Source: Klebsiella phage Miami
Reading direction: 5' to 3' (one strand)
DNA: 64,000 nucleotides
Sequence record: MT701590.1
The number at the start of each line of letters is the position of its first letter. Positions within the stretch are counted from its first letter, which is position 1. The notes below the pieces were generated by a model. It had not been told where the DNA came from and searched no databases. It saw only the letters and a program-made list of their open reading frames with translations. The translations under genes were made by a program, and so were the position numbers. Positions 46,076 to 56,304 of the stretch are shown here, in pieces.

Positions 46076-49042
46076 TTACTCTGGAAGGGTGTCATCAACT
46101 TGGAAGTCGTCTTTCTTATTGCCGTCTTCTTCTGTCTCTGTTTCTTCCTCGGTTTGGTTTTCTTCTTCGGAAGTGCCTGTTCCCGTCTCTTCTTCCTCAG
46201 TCGTTCCCCCTTCCCCAGGCAAATCTTCCTCTATAGAGAAATCGTCGTCTGTCTGAGTTCCCTCTTCAGGGGCACCCTCATCATCAGGTGGGGCGCCGAA
46301 CTCATCCGCCGGAGGCTGTTCCGCAGGCATGATCTTTTCCAAACGTTTAGCCAGTCGATCAGTCTCTTTATTCCAGGCCTTCATGAACTGTTCTAAGAAC
46401 ATTCCACTGTTGTCCACGTACTGAGATATGTTGTGGATTAACGAATAGACCCCGCCCTCTTTACCCTTGTTACCGATAAGATCGAACGGCATAGGGAGGT
46501 TGAATCGATCATAAAGTTCAATTAGATAAGTACTGCGAATAATGGATTTGACTTTCTCAATATCCAACCCGCCGCTACCATCAGTTTTGTTCATGATCTG
46601 TTCAATCAGACCGGAAGTCCCTGACATTTCAACCCACGAGTTTACAAACTGATTGACCGTATCGATTTTATCTTTCAGTTTGGTTACTGATTCCTGAGTA
46701 GCCGGAGTCGGTAAGGTCACGGTGAGGTTGTTGATAAAGTCAGCCAGGATAACTTCAACGATGTGCTCGTTAGTTCCCTCTATCTCTTCGCCGTTATCAG
46801 GTTTCCACAACGATTTGTTCTCGTTAATGGTGTCGACCAAACGATTCAACATAACCTGGTTAACCAACATATCCTTACGTTCGATCTCAGCAACAAAGTC
46901 GCCCAATACCTTCTGCCAGATCAATGTTTGGTTGCGGAGCATTTCCTGCTCGGCCAATGCTTCGACCTGGAAGTTGGTTCCTTCTTCTTTATCGTCCAAC
47001 CAAGTACGTTGGAGTTTAAAAGTGGAGGCGATGTTGTTGAGGAGGTTCTGTCTGGAGGTTTCGTCGATAGCTTTGAAGTTACCGCGTTCAACCGGTTCCA
47101 GAGTTATCTTGGGTCCGACCATCCACGGGTTACCGTTACTATTAACCTCAACGATCAGGGATTGAGTCTTCATTGCTTCAACAATGTCGGGCACTGAAAC
47201 AGTACCGGAGTTTACCACGTTGTGAAGCGTTGGGTTTACCCTGAAGAACTGCGCCCTGGCCGTAGCAATCGTACCATCCGGATCAACGTCGTCTTCTTCC
47301 AGATCAACCACTAAACGCTGACGGGTTTGAGCCTGATCCAAGTTAGCCAGAATGTCAGCAGTATCCAATGCTGCCAGACGACCGATATGGAGTTTAGCCT
47401 GGTTGGTTAAAGAAGAACCAATACCAAAGCTATTGTAGTCAAACGCGACGTAGGTGAAGTACTCTGCCGGAATGTAAAGAACCCGAACACCCTGTTGCTT
47501 GAAAGAACGAGCCAGGAAGATCTTCAGGTTAGCTTCAACCAATTCAACAGAAATATTTTTCCCACTCACCCCGGAAGCAATAGCCTGGATAAGGGATTTT
47601 TCTATTTGATCCTTCGATAACAGGGTGAATTCTGACATATCGAAGTCACAATCGGCACCTTGCTGAACTTTCTTCAGGTTAGCGATAAGTGCGTTGGTTC
47701 CACCTGTTTTATTAGGCGTGTCGATCTTATCTTTCTGACCCTTAGAAGACTGATAGAAGTTAAAGTCCCTTGTACTTTTTAAGAACTCTCCGTTAGACGG
47801 ATCAAGCAAAGCGAACCCACCAATGAGCTTAGTCCGATCACCTTCCATATGGACGGGAATAAAGGCTTCACTCGGAATATGGTACCGTAACGGAATTCCA
47901 TAAACTGAGGTGTCGTAAACCCCTGGGCTGCGGACACTGATAGTTTGACGATGCGGGTAACTACGATGCGGATAAAACTCATTCTGAAGAACTTCCAGTT
48001 GGCTTTCCGACAAGATCTGAGTTTTAGTATCGGCGTTAGGCGTCCCGTTCTTACGTTTAGCCTTAGAGTCGTCAGGCTCCTTATTCGACTTCTTAGGATC
48101 TTCCTTTTTCTTATCCTTGGTCGCCGTAGTCTCTTCTTCGCCTTCCTCACCTTTTTTCTCTAGGCGAGATTTAATAAGGGAAGCGAGATCTTCTGTCCCA
48201 CCGATGTCATTGACGATCTTCTTCGTTAAAACCTGATTCACGGAACGAAGAGCCAGAACCGCCGGGTTGTCAGTCAAGGTAATCCCGAACCCTTCCCCTT
48301 CATCATTCTCGATCAATTCGAATTCAGTTGAGGTATCTGGGGTGGAGTGACTAAACAAAGCCTCTAGCCCATGAACGACGTTATTGAGCTGTTTAGGACC
48401 CCTCACCAATCCTTTGTTGATGGCAAGAAACTTGCCGTCCACATTTTTAAATTGCTTCTCAATCTCTGGTTTTATCTGAGTGTTAATGTAACTTTCGTTA
48501 CCTGTCACTCCGTCTTCCCCAAACTGCTGACCGTTGATAAGGTGATCCAGCGCAGGTCTAGAGATGTTCAAAAGCACGTAGGATCCTGTGCCGAATAACC
48601 CATCTTTGATGAACTCCGGTAACAGCTTCTCGATTTTATAGTCGCTGGTATAGTAGGTTTCCGTCTTACGGAGCAACTCTTCATGCAGCTTAGTATTTTT
48701 AAATTGAGACCGCAAAGTATCGTGAGTAAGGATCCTTTCCTGTAATCCGTTCGGGTAGAGGAGAAGCGTCTTCCAGATTAATTCCGCACGCGAAACATAA
48801 GGTGTGATTTCCCTTAAGTCAGTTGCCGCATTGATATTGTTGGCAATGATATCGCTGATCTTTTTTAATTTGGAAGGTTGGACTTTACGTTCTTTCTCAT
48901 CTGTATTTCTGGTATGATCTCTCTCGTCCCGAACGAGGTTCCGAACGACGCTTTTTAACGAGGGGCTGATATTGTTTAAATTACCCCTGAGTTTGGTTTG
49001 ATCGAGGTAATCATATCCTCGGGTTGAACGCGTTCTATTCAT
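46076..49042 (-). CDS. large hypothetical virion-type protein with poly-acidic C-terminal tail
   Basis: 988 aa. Last ~90 aa almost entirely D/E/T/G. Internal Lys/Glu-rich linker. Confidence 0.5.
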   Translation of the reverse strand: MNRTRSTRGYDYLDQTKLRGNLNNISPSLKSVVRNLVRDERDHTRNTDEKERKVQPSKLKKISDIIANNINAATDLREITPYVSRAELIWKTLLLYPNGLQERILTHDTLRSQFKNTKLHEELLRKTETYYTSDYKIEKLLPEFIKDGLFGTGSYVLLNISRPALDHLINGQQFGEDGVTGNESYINTQIKPEIEKQFKNVDGKFLAINKGLVRGPKQLNNVVHGLEALFSHSTPDTSTEFELIENDEGEGFGITLTDNPAVLALRSVNQVLTKKIVNDIGGTEDLASLIKSRLEKKGEEGEEETTATKDKKKEDPKKSNKEPDDSKAKRKNGTPNADTKTQILSESQLEVLQNEFYPHRSYPHRQTISVRSPGVYDTSVYGIPLRYHIPSEAFIPVHMEGDRTKLIGGFALLDPSNGEFLKSTRDFNFYQSSKGQKDKIDTPNKTGGTNALIANLKKVQQGADCDFDMSEFTLLSKDQIEKSLIQAIASGVSGKNISVELVEANLKIFLARSFKQQGVRVLYIPAEYFTYVAFDYNSFGIGSSLTNQAKLHIGRLAALDTADILANLDQAQTRQRLVVDLEEDDVDPDGTIATARAQFFRVNPTLHNVVNSGTVSVPDIVEAMKTQSLIVEVNSNGNPWMVGPKITLEPVERGNFKAIDETSRQNLLNNIASTFKLQRTWLDDKEEGTNFQVEALAEQEMLRNQTLIWQKVLGDFVAEIERKDMLVNQVMLNRLVDTINENKSLWKPDNGEEIEGTNEHIVEVILADFINNLTVTLPTPATQESVTKLKDKIDTVNQFVNSWVEMSGTSGLIEQIMNKTDGSGGLDIEKVKSIIRSTYLIELYDRFNLPMPFDLIGNKGKEGGVYSLIHNISQYVDNSGMFLEQFMKAWNKETDRLAKRLEKIMPAEQPPADEFGAPPDDEGAPEEGTQTDDDFSIEEDLPGEGGTTEEEETGTGTSEEENQTEEETETEEDGNKKDDFQVDDTLPE

Positions 49043-49067
49043 AAATGTAGACTCTTAGAGAAGACTC

Positions 49068-51155
49068 ATGGAAAATATTGATTTTAATGCGTATGTGGCG
49101 GATACGATAAGTTTGGTCAGAACCATGGTCGTCAAATGTGAAGCCATAGCGACTATAGATAACTCGTTGCTGACCTCCGCTGGTTACCCCGTCAGTGACG
49201 ATAAACGCACTTGGCGGTACTACCTTAACTTAAACGGCCAATATCACGCTGCTGATGTAAAGATGTACGTGTCCTCACTGGATACGGGTGAAGAGATTCT
49301 TTTTAGTAAAGAATCGTTAGAAGAACACCTTATTACTAAAAAGGCGTATCTTTCTTCCGGTTATTGGTATAACCGATTGGTAACTGATTATCCCGCGCAA
49401 CGAGAGCTAATAAATGGGATATTGGATCCTATCGCGTTAGATGACGCCATTGGAGCCAAGAACTATAAAATCCTTCGGTATAACGAAGACTTAGTTTTGT
49501 GGAATGAAGATCAGGTTATTCCGAGACTCCAGGATTGGATTGACGCGTTCTGCCATCAGCATTTCGGGACAGAATACTTTTACACAGATAACTTAATGCT
49601 CCCAGTAGTATTGGCTACGCTGTACGGATTAATGCCAGGGGCGTTAATGACGATCCGTGAAGAAGCCATAGGAACGAGGTACGTCCACGACTTCCATATC
49701 TGGGGGCGGTTAAATTCCTACGGTGATTTCACTCAGTATAAAAATGTGCTGAATGGGGTTCAGACTCTTTGGCTTTATCGCAATATTGAATGGTTGGCGG
49801 ATAATGCCGGGAAGAACTACACACTCGGTTTGCTCATTCAAAATCTGCTGACGGTAAGAGGGATACCTATCGCTGAGTTCGAGGTAACCTACAATACTGA
49901 AAATCAAATTGAAGATCTATCTCCAACGGTCGCCTTCATTAAGAACAACTTAAACTTACTCGATCGATATACCGACAAGCACAAAATTTATACTGCGGAA
50001 GAAATCATCGATAAAGAATCTCTTTTGGCTAAAGATAATCCGGCTCAACAAGAAATATATCTGGATGACATCAAAGCCAAGGGTAAGTTCGCGTTATTCT
50101 CCAGCATCCCGTCCAAGTTACTGGAATCGGAAATGGAGGACTATACCACTCGTCACGCTATTACGCTGATGAACTCCGCATATCACCATTGGGTTTATCT
50201 TGTCAAGAACGGTTATTACAACGCTGTTATTGACGTCCCTAACCCTAAAGAGGCGACTACCTTCAGATTGACCGTTAAAGAAGGCTTGATACTCTGGACG
50301 TATCTGACCAGAAGGATACGTGGCGAAGATCTCTCTTTAATGGAAGGTGTTTTTTATCAGAACGTATTAAAGATCACCCCGCCCACTTATTCCGAGTTAA
50401 GGGAAAAGGGTTCAAATTCCTTTTTATACGATTACCAGATAAAAGATGCCATCGAACTTCACGTCCCGTACGAAAAGATAATTTCTACTGATGCTTTTTA
50501 TCAAAAAGCAAAAGAGAATTATTTGCTGGCTTGGAAATACCAAAAGTTCTACGCTCAGTACCACGATCAGTTCCGTCAGGCGGTAGTTAAAAACGTAACG
50601 GACTCTTTCTTTGAGCGGGGCAAATGGGATATCAAAAGTGAAGTAACCTCTTTTGATACCTGGCTGGCTAACAAGGAATTGGATTTCTCTAATTATACTG
50701 ACGATGAGTTATTAGGGCTGGCTTGGGATACGTTCTCGTTAGCAACTGGCTGGGATAGTTCAAACGTAACGTTACGCACGCTGCAATCTAGTCTTATTAA
50801 GCTGATGCTGGAACTTTCTAGTTACACCATCCACGTTTACACGACTATTGACGACGGTAATAATACTATTGAAGCAGGGTCCCGCATAGATTTGGGGATC
50901 CGTAAGGATTCCTTCACCTCTACTATGGATAGTAGGGCGGTTCTGCTTCCGGCTATGTTGCACGTCGTACCTAATATCGACATGAAGGGCAAAACAACAT
51001 CCATCGTTGATTTTAATACTTACGGTGGTGTTGACACGGGGTCTGTTGGCGAAGCCACGTTGCCTCTCGATCCCGAGTTAGTAGAGAATACAACAAGGAA
51101 ATCCTCTTCCTACGGATTACTCCCCATGTTCTTTACACTCACTAACTCGGAATGA
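49068..51155 (+). CDS. hypothetical protein
   Basis: 695-aa ORF, divergent from 46076-49042. Confidence 0.5.
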   Translation: MENIDFNAYVADTISLVRTMVVKCEAIATIDNSLLTSAGYPVSDDKRTWRYYLNLNGQYHAADVKMYVSSLDTGEEILFSKESLEEHLITKKAYLSSGYWYNRLVTDYPAQRELINGILDPIALDDAIGAKNYKILRYNEDLVLWNEDQVIPRLQDWIDAFCHQHFGTEYFYTDNLMLPVVLATLYGLMPGALMTIREEAIGTRYVHDFHIWGRLNSYGDFTQYKNVLNGVQTLWLYRNIEWLADNAGKNYTLGLLIQNLLTVRGIPIAEFEVTYNTENQIEDLSPTVAFIKNNLNLLDRYTDKHKIYTAEEIIDKESLLAKDNPAQQEIYLDDIKAKGKFALFSSIPSKLLESEMEDYTTRHAITLMNSAYHHWVYLVKNGYYNAVIDVPNPKEATTFRLTVKEGLILWTYLTRRIRGEDLSLMEGVFYQNVLKITPPTYSELREKGSNSFLYDYQIKDAIELHVPYEKIISTDAFYQKAKENYLLAWKYQKFYAQYHDQFRQAVVKNVTDSFFERGKWDIKSEVTSFDTWLANKELDFSNYTDDELLGLAWDTFSLATGWDSSNVTLRTLQSSLIKLMLELSSYTIHVYTTIDDGNNTIEAGSRIDLGIRKDSFTSTMDSRAVLLPAMLHVVPNIDMKGKTTSIVDFNTYGGVDTGSVGEATLPLDPELVENTTRKSSSYGLLPMFFTLTNSE

Positions 51156-51161
51156 TAAAAA

Positions 51162-51569
51162 ATGACTAATACACAGCAATGGCCTATCAATCTCGTTAAA
51201 AACGAATACTTCAAAGACAACGGAATACGTGGAGAAAGATTGCAGCAACTCATCTCCTTTATTCCGTTAGGCAGGACAGAAGAAGGCAATTATCTTTATG
51301 AGGTCACCAAATCAGGAAGCTGTCCGAATACTGAACAGTGGGAATTAGAACGATACGATCTTTCTTTTATCTCAAGAAAACATCTGATAAGTGATAGCGA
51401 AACCGTAAATCATTTGAACATGCTAATCCCTTTTATTAGTAAGGCGACGGGTTATCACTTATTACCGGGTGACATCGGTGGCGTGACCTTTCATAAAACA
51501 TACTGGATTATCGACGTAGCGAGAGACTCGTTGAGATTCACCGGCTCTTTCTCAATCATGAAGAAATAA
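51162..51569 (+). CDS. hypothetical protein
   Basis: 135-aa ORF. Confidence 0.45.
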   Translation: MTNTQQWPINLVKNEYFKDNGIRGERLQQLISFIPLGRTEEGNYLYEVTKSGSCPNTEQWELERYDLSFISRKHLISDSETVNHLNMLIPFISKATGYHLLPGDIGGVTFHKTYWIIDVARDSLRFTGSFSIMKK

Positions 51570-51580
51570 GGATTTATTCA

Positions 51581-52486
51581 ATGGCAACTGACACTCAACA
51601 ATCTTCCAACTCCAGACTGCCCAGTCAGATTGTTACCGCAACAGCATTTGGTGTGAAGATCGCGATCGCCGCTATTACCAAACAAAACGTGGAAGTCGAA
51701 CAATACACCACGCTCAACGAAATACATTCCGTCCTGGCCGATGAAAGTTTGGGTGTAAAAGCTGGTTCTGACTTTACCCTGAAGTATTATGGGTTAGGTG
51801 TTAAGGGTTCTCAATTCATTGGTAACGACGCCAACGGCATCGCCCGTATGTTGGTTAACCAACATCAGCCGATCGACTGTAACGCGTTCTATCCCATTCC
51901 GCTTGTCGTAAGAGAGCTCTCCGACGACCTCACCGCGGATCAACGTGCTAACTACCGTATGCGTGTTGTTTTTACTAAAGATAGTGTGACTTACGTCGCT
52001 TACTATCTGCGGGTCATCAGTTTTGCGGCGTTCAGTCCGTCGATTGTAAAAATCACGAAGGATCCTACAACGGGTAACGAAGATCCTGATGTTTACGTTC
52101 CGACCTCTGACTATCAGCACCCGACTCCGATCACGCCTAATAGCGACGGTACCGTTCCGCTTTCCAATCAGTATGTTTCGGCAACGGGTAAACTGGATCT
52201 CAGTATCGATGCTTCAGGTCTGGCTGAACTTCGCAACGCCTGTTCAATTATGTTCGGCGATGAGTCTTACGCCGCTCCAAACGAATATTACGTTTGCACC
52301 GGTATCGATACCCCGAGCTCTGGTCAGACGTCCGGTTCCATTAATGTTTCCTATACAGAAGCTGTCAGCGCAATCATCGCTTACTTCATTACGGAAACTC
52401 ATCCTCGCGATGCTAATGCGAACGGCGCAATTGAAATGTTCTTTGATATCGGAGCAAGTGCCCCGTTGTTGCTGGCTTCTAGCTAA
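51581..52486 (+). CDS. hypothetical protein
   Basis: 301-aa ORF. Confidence 0.5.
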   Translation: MATDTQQSSNSRLPSQIVTATAFGVKIAIAAITKQNVEVEQYTTLNEIHSVLADESLGVKAGSDFTLKYYGLGVKGSQFIGNDANGIARMLVNQHQPIDCNAFYPIPLVVRELSDDLTADQRANYRMRVVFTKDSVTYVAYYLRVISFAAFSPSIVKITKDPTTGNEDPDVYVPTSDYQHPTPITPNSDGTVPLSNQYVSATGKLDLSIDASGLAELRNACSIMFGDESYAAPNEYYVCTGIDTPSSGQTSGSINVSYTEAVSAIIAYFITETHPRDANANGAIEMFFDIGASAPLLLASS

Positions 52487-52497
52487 GGAGAAACATC

Positions 52498-53145
52498 ATG
52501 CTCTTTAAAGAGTTATCTCCTACTGGGGGTGTTCTTCAACTCCCTAAGCTAGTCGTTGGTAAGTTATCCACGGATTACTTTGAGACGATTACCGATTTCT
52601 ATGAAGTCGTTCTGGATCAAAGTGTTTACAAAGTTTCCCAGGTTTATCTCGGCAGTGACGGCAAGCCCAAACTCGAACTCGTTCCCAATGAAATCAATGT
52701 GTTTAACGACATACTTTATTTCACTGGTAAAGGAGTGACGGGATTAACTTCTCAAGATGTTGTTACAACTATCGCCAACCCTATGCAGACCGTTGCTGAT
52801 GCGTTTTTGGATCAGTCCCCTGTTTGGGTGCCGGCTATAGAAGAGCTGAGTTTCTTTTCTAATATCGAACTCAATACCCCACGTGACATCTTCACCGTGA
52901 CCGATCAATATCCTCGTAAACTTGCTAATTTGTTGAGCGGGGGAAGGAATCACGTGAAGTGGGGTGTGGGGTCTTTGAACGAGTATTCCACTGCGGGATT
53001 CTCTTTACTGTATTACGGTGATGTGAGTAACGCGCCATCGTCTTACGCTTATCCGCCTGCTGCTAAAACAATTGCTATTGTTTCGCTTAATTCAGGCAAT
53101 AACAAAGGAATGGTAATGCTGTGCTCGGACAAAAAGATCGAATAA
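52498..53145 (+). CDS. hypothetical protein
   Basis: 215-aa ORF. Confidence 0.5.
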   Translation: MLFKELSPTGGVLQLPKLVVGKLSTDYFETITDFYEVVLDQSVYKVSQVYLGSDGKPKLELVPNEINVFNDILYFTGKGVTGLTSQDVVTTIANPMQTVADAFLDQSPVWVPAIEELSFFSNIELNTPRDIFTVTDQYPRKLANLLSGGRNHVKWGVGSLNEYSTAGFSLLYYGDVSNAPSSYAYPPAAKTIAIVSLNSGNNKGMVMLCSDKKIE

Positions 53146-53720
53146 GAGAAAAAACGATTATTCGGATTATCGGGACCGACCCCAGTACAACGCACATGGG
53201 TAATGCCGTTATTGACGTCAACATTACGGAAACTCAAAAATTCCAATTACGTTACGTCAATACGGTTATCGGCGACAAGGTCGATTTTTACGAGAAGCTG
53301 AACTACGCTGAGAGACCCGTTACCAAACGCACATTGGGGATGTCAAGGTCATATAAGGATCTCTTAGAGATCTTTGAGCCTGACATCGCCATTTGCGAGG
53401 ATAACTTCTTAGGGGCTTCTGCGGATACGTATAAACGATTAGTTGAAACCGTTTCTATGTTGCGCGATACTGTTAAAGAGCACAGTAAATCACTGTTCTT
53501 TATGAGCGTTCTCCCTAATCTTGCTAAGGCTATCGTTGGTGCTAATTTTAAAGGTACTCAAAAAGAAGACGTGCTGAAGGGTTTAAAGAACTATCCGCAC
53601 TTAGATCTTAACGGTATCGATCTTGACACCCTCGATGACCACAGCGTTGACAGTATCGTTATCGCATTATATCTTTGTGAAATGGTCGCAAAAGACTATA
53701 AGGTATTTCCTCATGACTGA
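53121..53720 (+). CDS. RuvC-like Holliday-junction resolvase
   Basis: GTG start. 'IIGTDPS' (catalytic D1), 'DIAICEDNF' (catalytic E), 'DHSVDSIVIALYLC' (D..D) in RuvC order and spacing. Confidence 0.5.
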   Translation: MLGQKDRIREKTIIRIIGTDPSTTHMGNAVIDVNITETQKFQLRYVNTVIGDKVDFYEKLNYAERPVTKRTLGMSRSYKDLLEIFEPDIAICEDNFLGASADTYKRLVETVSMLRDTVKEHSKSLFFMSVLPNLAKAIVGANFKGTQKEDVLKGLKNYPHLDLNGIDLDTLDDHSVDSIVIALYLCEMVAKDYKVFPHD

Positions 53721-54114
53721 AACTAAAGCACCGGGGGATGAAACTACCGAAGAGGACCCGATACTCGAGGTCCAACATCCCCAGGGGTTGGAGGGAAAGG
53801 TATTTGGTAAATGGACGGTAAGGTTGCGCAACGTCTGTGGCGTGGTTGCGTGCCTTTCGGTTTGTTATAATTCCATTAACTACACAGATACCATAAAGAA
53901 AGCAGTCCTGGCGGGATACGGTTATCCAGACAGGACGAGCTTAGGGATCGTCTTCATCGGTCCGATTATCATCGCCCTTGTTTTCATGAACGCCAGCAAA
54001 ATCTTGCAGGTTATCATGAAGATTCCTGGTGTGGCGGAAAAGCTGCGCAAAGGAACTATCGGGGTGCTGACTCGACCTGGAGATAATCCTCCACCGCCTC
54101 CACCACAGAAATAA
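53713..54114 (+). CDS. holin-like small membrane protein
   Basis: ATGA-coupled to the resolvase gene. Acidic N-terminus, then hydrophobic segments 'VCGVVACLSVCY' and 'LGIVFIGPIIIALVFM'. Polyproline C-terminus. Sits immediately upstream of the spanin pair. Confidence 0.3.
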   Translation: MTETKAPGDETTEEDPILEVQHPQGLEGKVFGKWTVRLRNVCGVVACLSVCYNSINYTDTIKKAVLAGYGYPDRTSLGIVFIGPIIIALVFMNASKILQVIMKIPGVAEKLRKGTIGVLTRPGDNPPPPPPQK

Positions 54115-54121
54115 GAAAGTT

Positions 54122-54153
54122 ATACTCCTCCTACCCTAGGGTAGGAGGAGTAT
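54122..54153. terminator. bidirectional terminator (same 32-nt palindrome as 14691)
   Basis: ATACTCCTCCTACCCTAGGGTAGGAGGAGTAT, then an AT-rich run. Confidence 0.6.
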
Positions 54154-54166
54154 ATTTATTTTATTA

Positions 54167-54700
54167 TTATTTTTGCTCGGTAGTCGTCGAAGAAGTGACT
54201 TTCGTTACAACAGATTTAGTTGCTGCTTTGGCTTTGGTCATTAGGAATTTAGGATCAAAGACATTGACCGTTCCTGAAGCCTGATCGACAATTTGATCAA
54301 TGTTGCCGAGTAGGCCTTTGATGGCAACTTGCGAAGCATAAACCAAATCGTTGGCGTTATCTAAATCCCTCGTAGTCGTAATAAGTTTTAAACGAGTGAG
54401 CTTGTAGCATCTAACATAGTCAGTATTCTGATCCAAGCAATCATTCGCCTTAAGCCATTCATCGAGTACGATGAGTTGACTAATTGGCTCTACCGGATTA
54501 TCAGAAACGAGTTCCTTTGGGACGGTATGGGCGGCTTCTTTCAATTGCTGAAGATTGATTCCCATACTACTGACTTGAGCGGCTTGAGCCTCCACCTGAA
54601 GTTTGGTGTTGGCTTCGCTGACTGTGGTCTTGTGGCTGCACCCCGTCACTAAGATCATCAGCGCCGTAACGGCTAAGCATTTCATTATACGTTTTTTCAC
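54167..54700 (-). CDS. o-spanin-like outer-membrane lipoprotein
   Basis: 'MKKRIMKCLAVTALMILVTG|C' lipobox LVTGC. Start embedded in another frame within the C-terminal end of the upstream type-II membrane protein gene. Confidence 0.45.
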   Translation of the reverse strand: MKKRIMKCLAVTALMILVTGCSHKTTVSEANTKLQVEAQAAQVSSMGINLQQLKEAAHTVPKELVSDNPVEPISQLIVLDEWLKANDCLDQNTDYVRCYKLTRLKLITTTRDLDNANDLVYASQVAIKGLLGNIDQIVDQASGTVNVFDPKFLMTKAKAATKSVVTKVTSSTTTEQK

Positions 54701-54959
54701 GATCTTGACCTCGACGATCTAACATAAGAGCAAGTTGAGCGTTAAGTTTAGTTTGGCTGGCTGTGGAGACCTCGATAGCCTCCCGTAAACTCTTCATTTG
54801 GTCAGTGATTTTTGCCATCTGACCCACGGTTTCTTGATCGACTGTATCCTTAGGGAAAAACCGATTAACCCCAAGAATAATCATGATGACCAATAATAAT
54901 AAAATAACGATCCCATCTTTAACTACACTTCCGACATTATCTTTAGTAATAACCGACAT
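54567..54959 (-). CDS. i-spanin-like type-II inner-membrane protein
   Basis: N-terminal TM 'IVILLLLVIMIILGV', then a periplasmic coiled-coil-like region. Overlaps the lipoprotein gene by about 134 nt (overlapped spanin architecture). Confidence 0.45.
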   Translation of the reverse strand: MSVITKDNVGSVVKDGIVILLLLVIMIILGVNRFFPKDTVDQETVGQMAKITDQMKSLREAIEVSTASQTKLNAQLALMLDRRGQDREKTYNEMLSRYGADDLSDGVQPQDHSQRSQHQTSGGGSSRSSQ

Positions 54960-54970
54960 GACGAATACCT

Positions 54971-56233
54971 CTAAACTAGAGCATGGATTTTGAACACAAA
55001 GCCAGTCACAAGGTCATCGCTAAAGTAACGGTTACGGAAAGCATGATAGAGATCCCCCCCGTTATCGACGCCCGTGAGGCCATTAACGTAATCCGGGGTT
55101 AACCGGATATCGGTACTCCACAGCATTTGGTTACCGCCTCTTTTAGAAATATAAGAGGGGAACAGGCCGTTGCTCAACATAAGAGGATGAGCGTAGGTGT
55201 CGTTAACCAAGAAGACTGTAGGGTAGCGATAGGTGATCAGTGGGGTTATCGTAATCCCGAAGTCTGGATTATCAAACACCACAAAGAAACTATTTTGATT
55301 TAAAAGAAGCGCTTTAAACGTTTCCGCAGTATAAAGCTTATCTTTAGCAATGACTTTACGTTCCTTAGGATAAAGGTTACTTAAGTCAACGTAATTAAGA
55401 GATTCGAAAATTCGCTCGGGCCATTTATAATGACGGTAGTCGATACGTAGTCTTTTCTCACCCGTTCTTGTAACCAGGGGAGAACCTGTGACTAATCTTC
55501 CAGCGATAACTAACCAAACCTTCTTATCTTTGATAGGAACGTCTAGTTCGACTTCTAAACCAGTGAATCCATCTTCGTCAATGAACTTTATCATGTCTTC
55601 GGTAAATGGACGTGTCTCTAAAGCAGACACTTTGGAGAAGTCATAGATATCAACGTGACTACTATCATTAATGCGGTAATTCTTCCCACCGTTTAAAAGA
55701 TAGATCCCGTCGTCTCTACTTATTCCTCTAATGAAATGCCCGTTGAGATTAAAAAGACATTTCGTGATAAGGTCGTCATATTTGCGCGTTGTTACGATAG
55801 TAGTTAGTAACAGATCCGGGGCTTCACTAACACTAACCAGCGCTTGACGGTCAGCAGACAACAGATGATTAGCAGGAGCGATACGATAGCCGCTTAATTG
55901 AGCGTCACCACGTTGAACATAAACCAACTTCTCTCCCGGGAGTTCCGAAGAGAGAGTAAGCGGATCATTCTCTTTTGTCAACAGCCAGGCTTCAATGGTC
56001 CCATCGAAAGTTTGAAACTCATATTGATAATCGAAGGCGTTTAAACAAAGCTGTTTACCCACTAGTTCGTCGAGAATAACTATTCGTAATTTACTGTAGG
56101 TTTTAAAGTACTGGTTGGTCTTTAAAGTGCTTAAATCTACAACGGCTTCTCCAGCGTGCCCTGTGAGAGCAACACCTACGGCTCGTACATACTGATAAGA
56201 CATAGCGCCCTCTTCCGGAATTCTATGGTTCAT
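54971..56233 (-). CDS. hypothetical protein
   Basis: 420-aa ORF. No lysozyme, amidase or transglycosylase motif recognised. Confidence 0.5.
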   Translation of the reverse strand: MNHRIPEEGAMSYQYVRAVGVALTGHAGEAVVDLSTLKTNQYFKTYSKLRIVILDELVGKQLCLNAFDYQYEFQTFDGTIEAWLLTKENDPLTLSSELPGEKLVYVQRGDAQLSGYRIAPANHLLSADRQALVSVSEAPDLLLTTIVTTRKYDDLITKCLFNLNGHFIRGISRDDGIYLLNGGKNYRINDSSHVDIYDFSKVSALETRPFTEDMIKFIDEDGFTGLEVELDVPIKDKKVWLVIAGRLVTGSPLVTRTGEKRLRIDYRHYKWPERIFESLNYVDLSNLYPKERKVIAKDKLYTAETFKALLLNQNSFFVVFDNPDFGITITPLITYRYPTVFLVNDTYAHPLMLSNGLFPSYISKRGGNQMLWSTDIRLTPDYVNGLTGVDNGGDLYHAFRNRYFSDDLVTGFVFKIHALV

Positions 56234-56304
56234 TATTTAAATTCATTCATAGGATCGGGCCGCTTAGCGTGGCGAGGTCTTCTAACCGCCAAACAGGATT
56301 CGAT

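Noticed and set aside
53623-53712. Upstream extension of the holin-like ORF (track start 53623, MTPSMTTALTVSLSHYIFV..)
   Set aside because: It would overlap the RuvC-like gene by about 100 nt in another frame. The ATG at 53713 forms a canonical ATGA stop-start junction instead.
54971-56233. Considered as the missing endolysin because it precedes the spanin pair
   Set aside because: No catalytic signature of lysozyme, GH19, GH24, SLT or amidase families recognisable. Equally likely a baseplate or fiber-associated protein.
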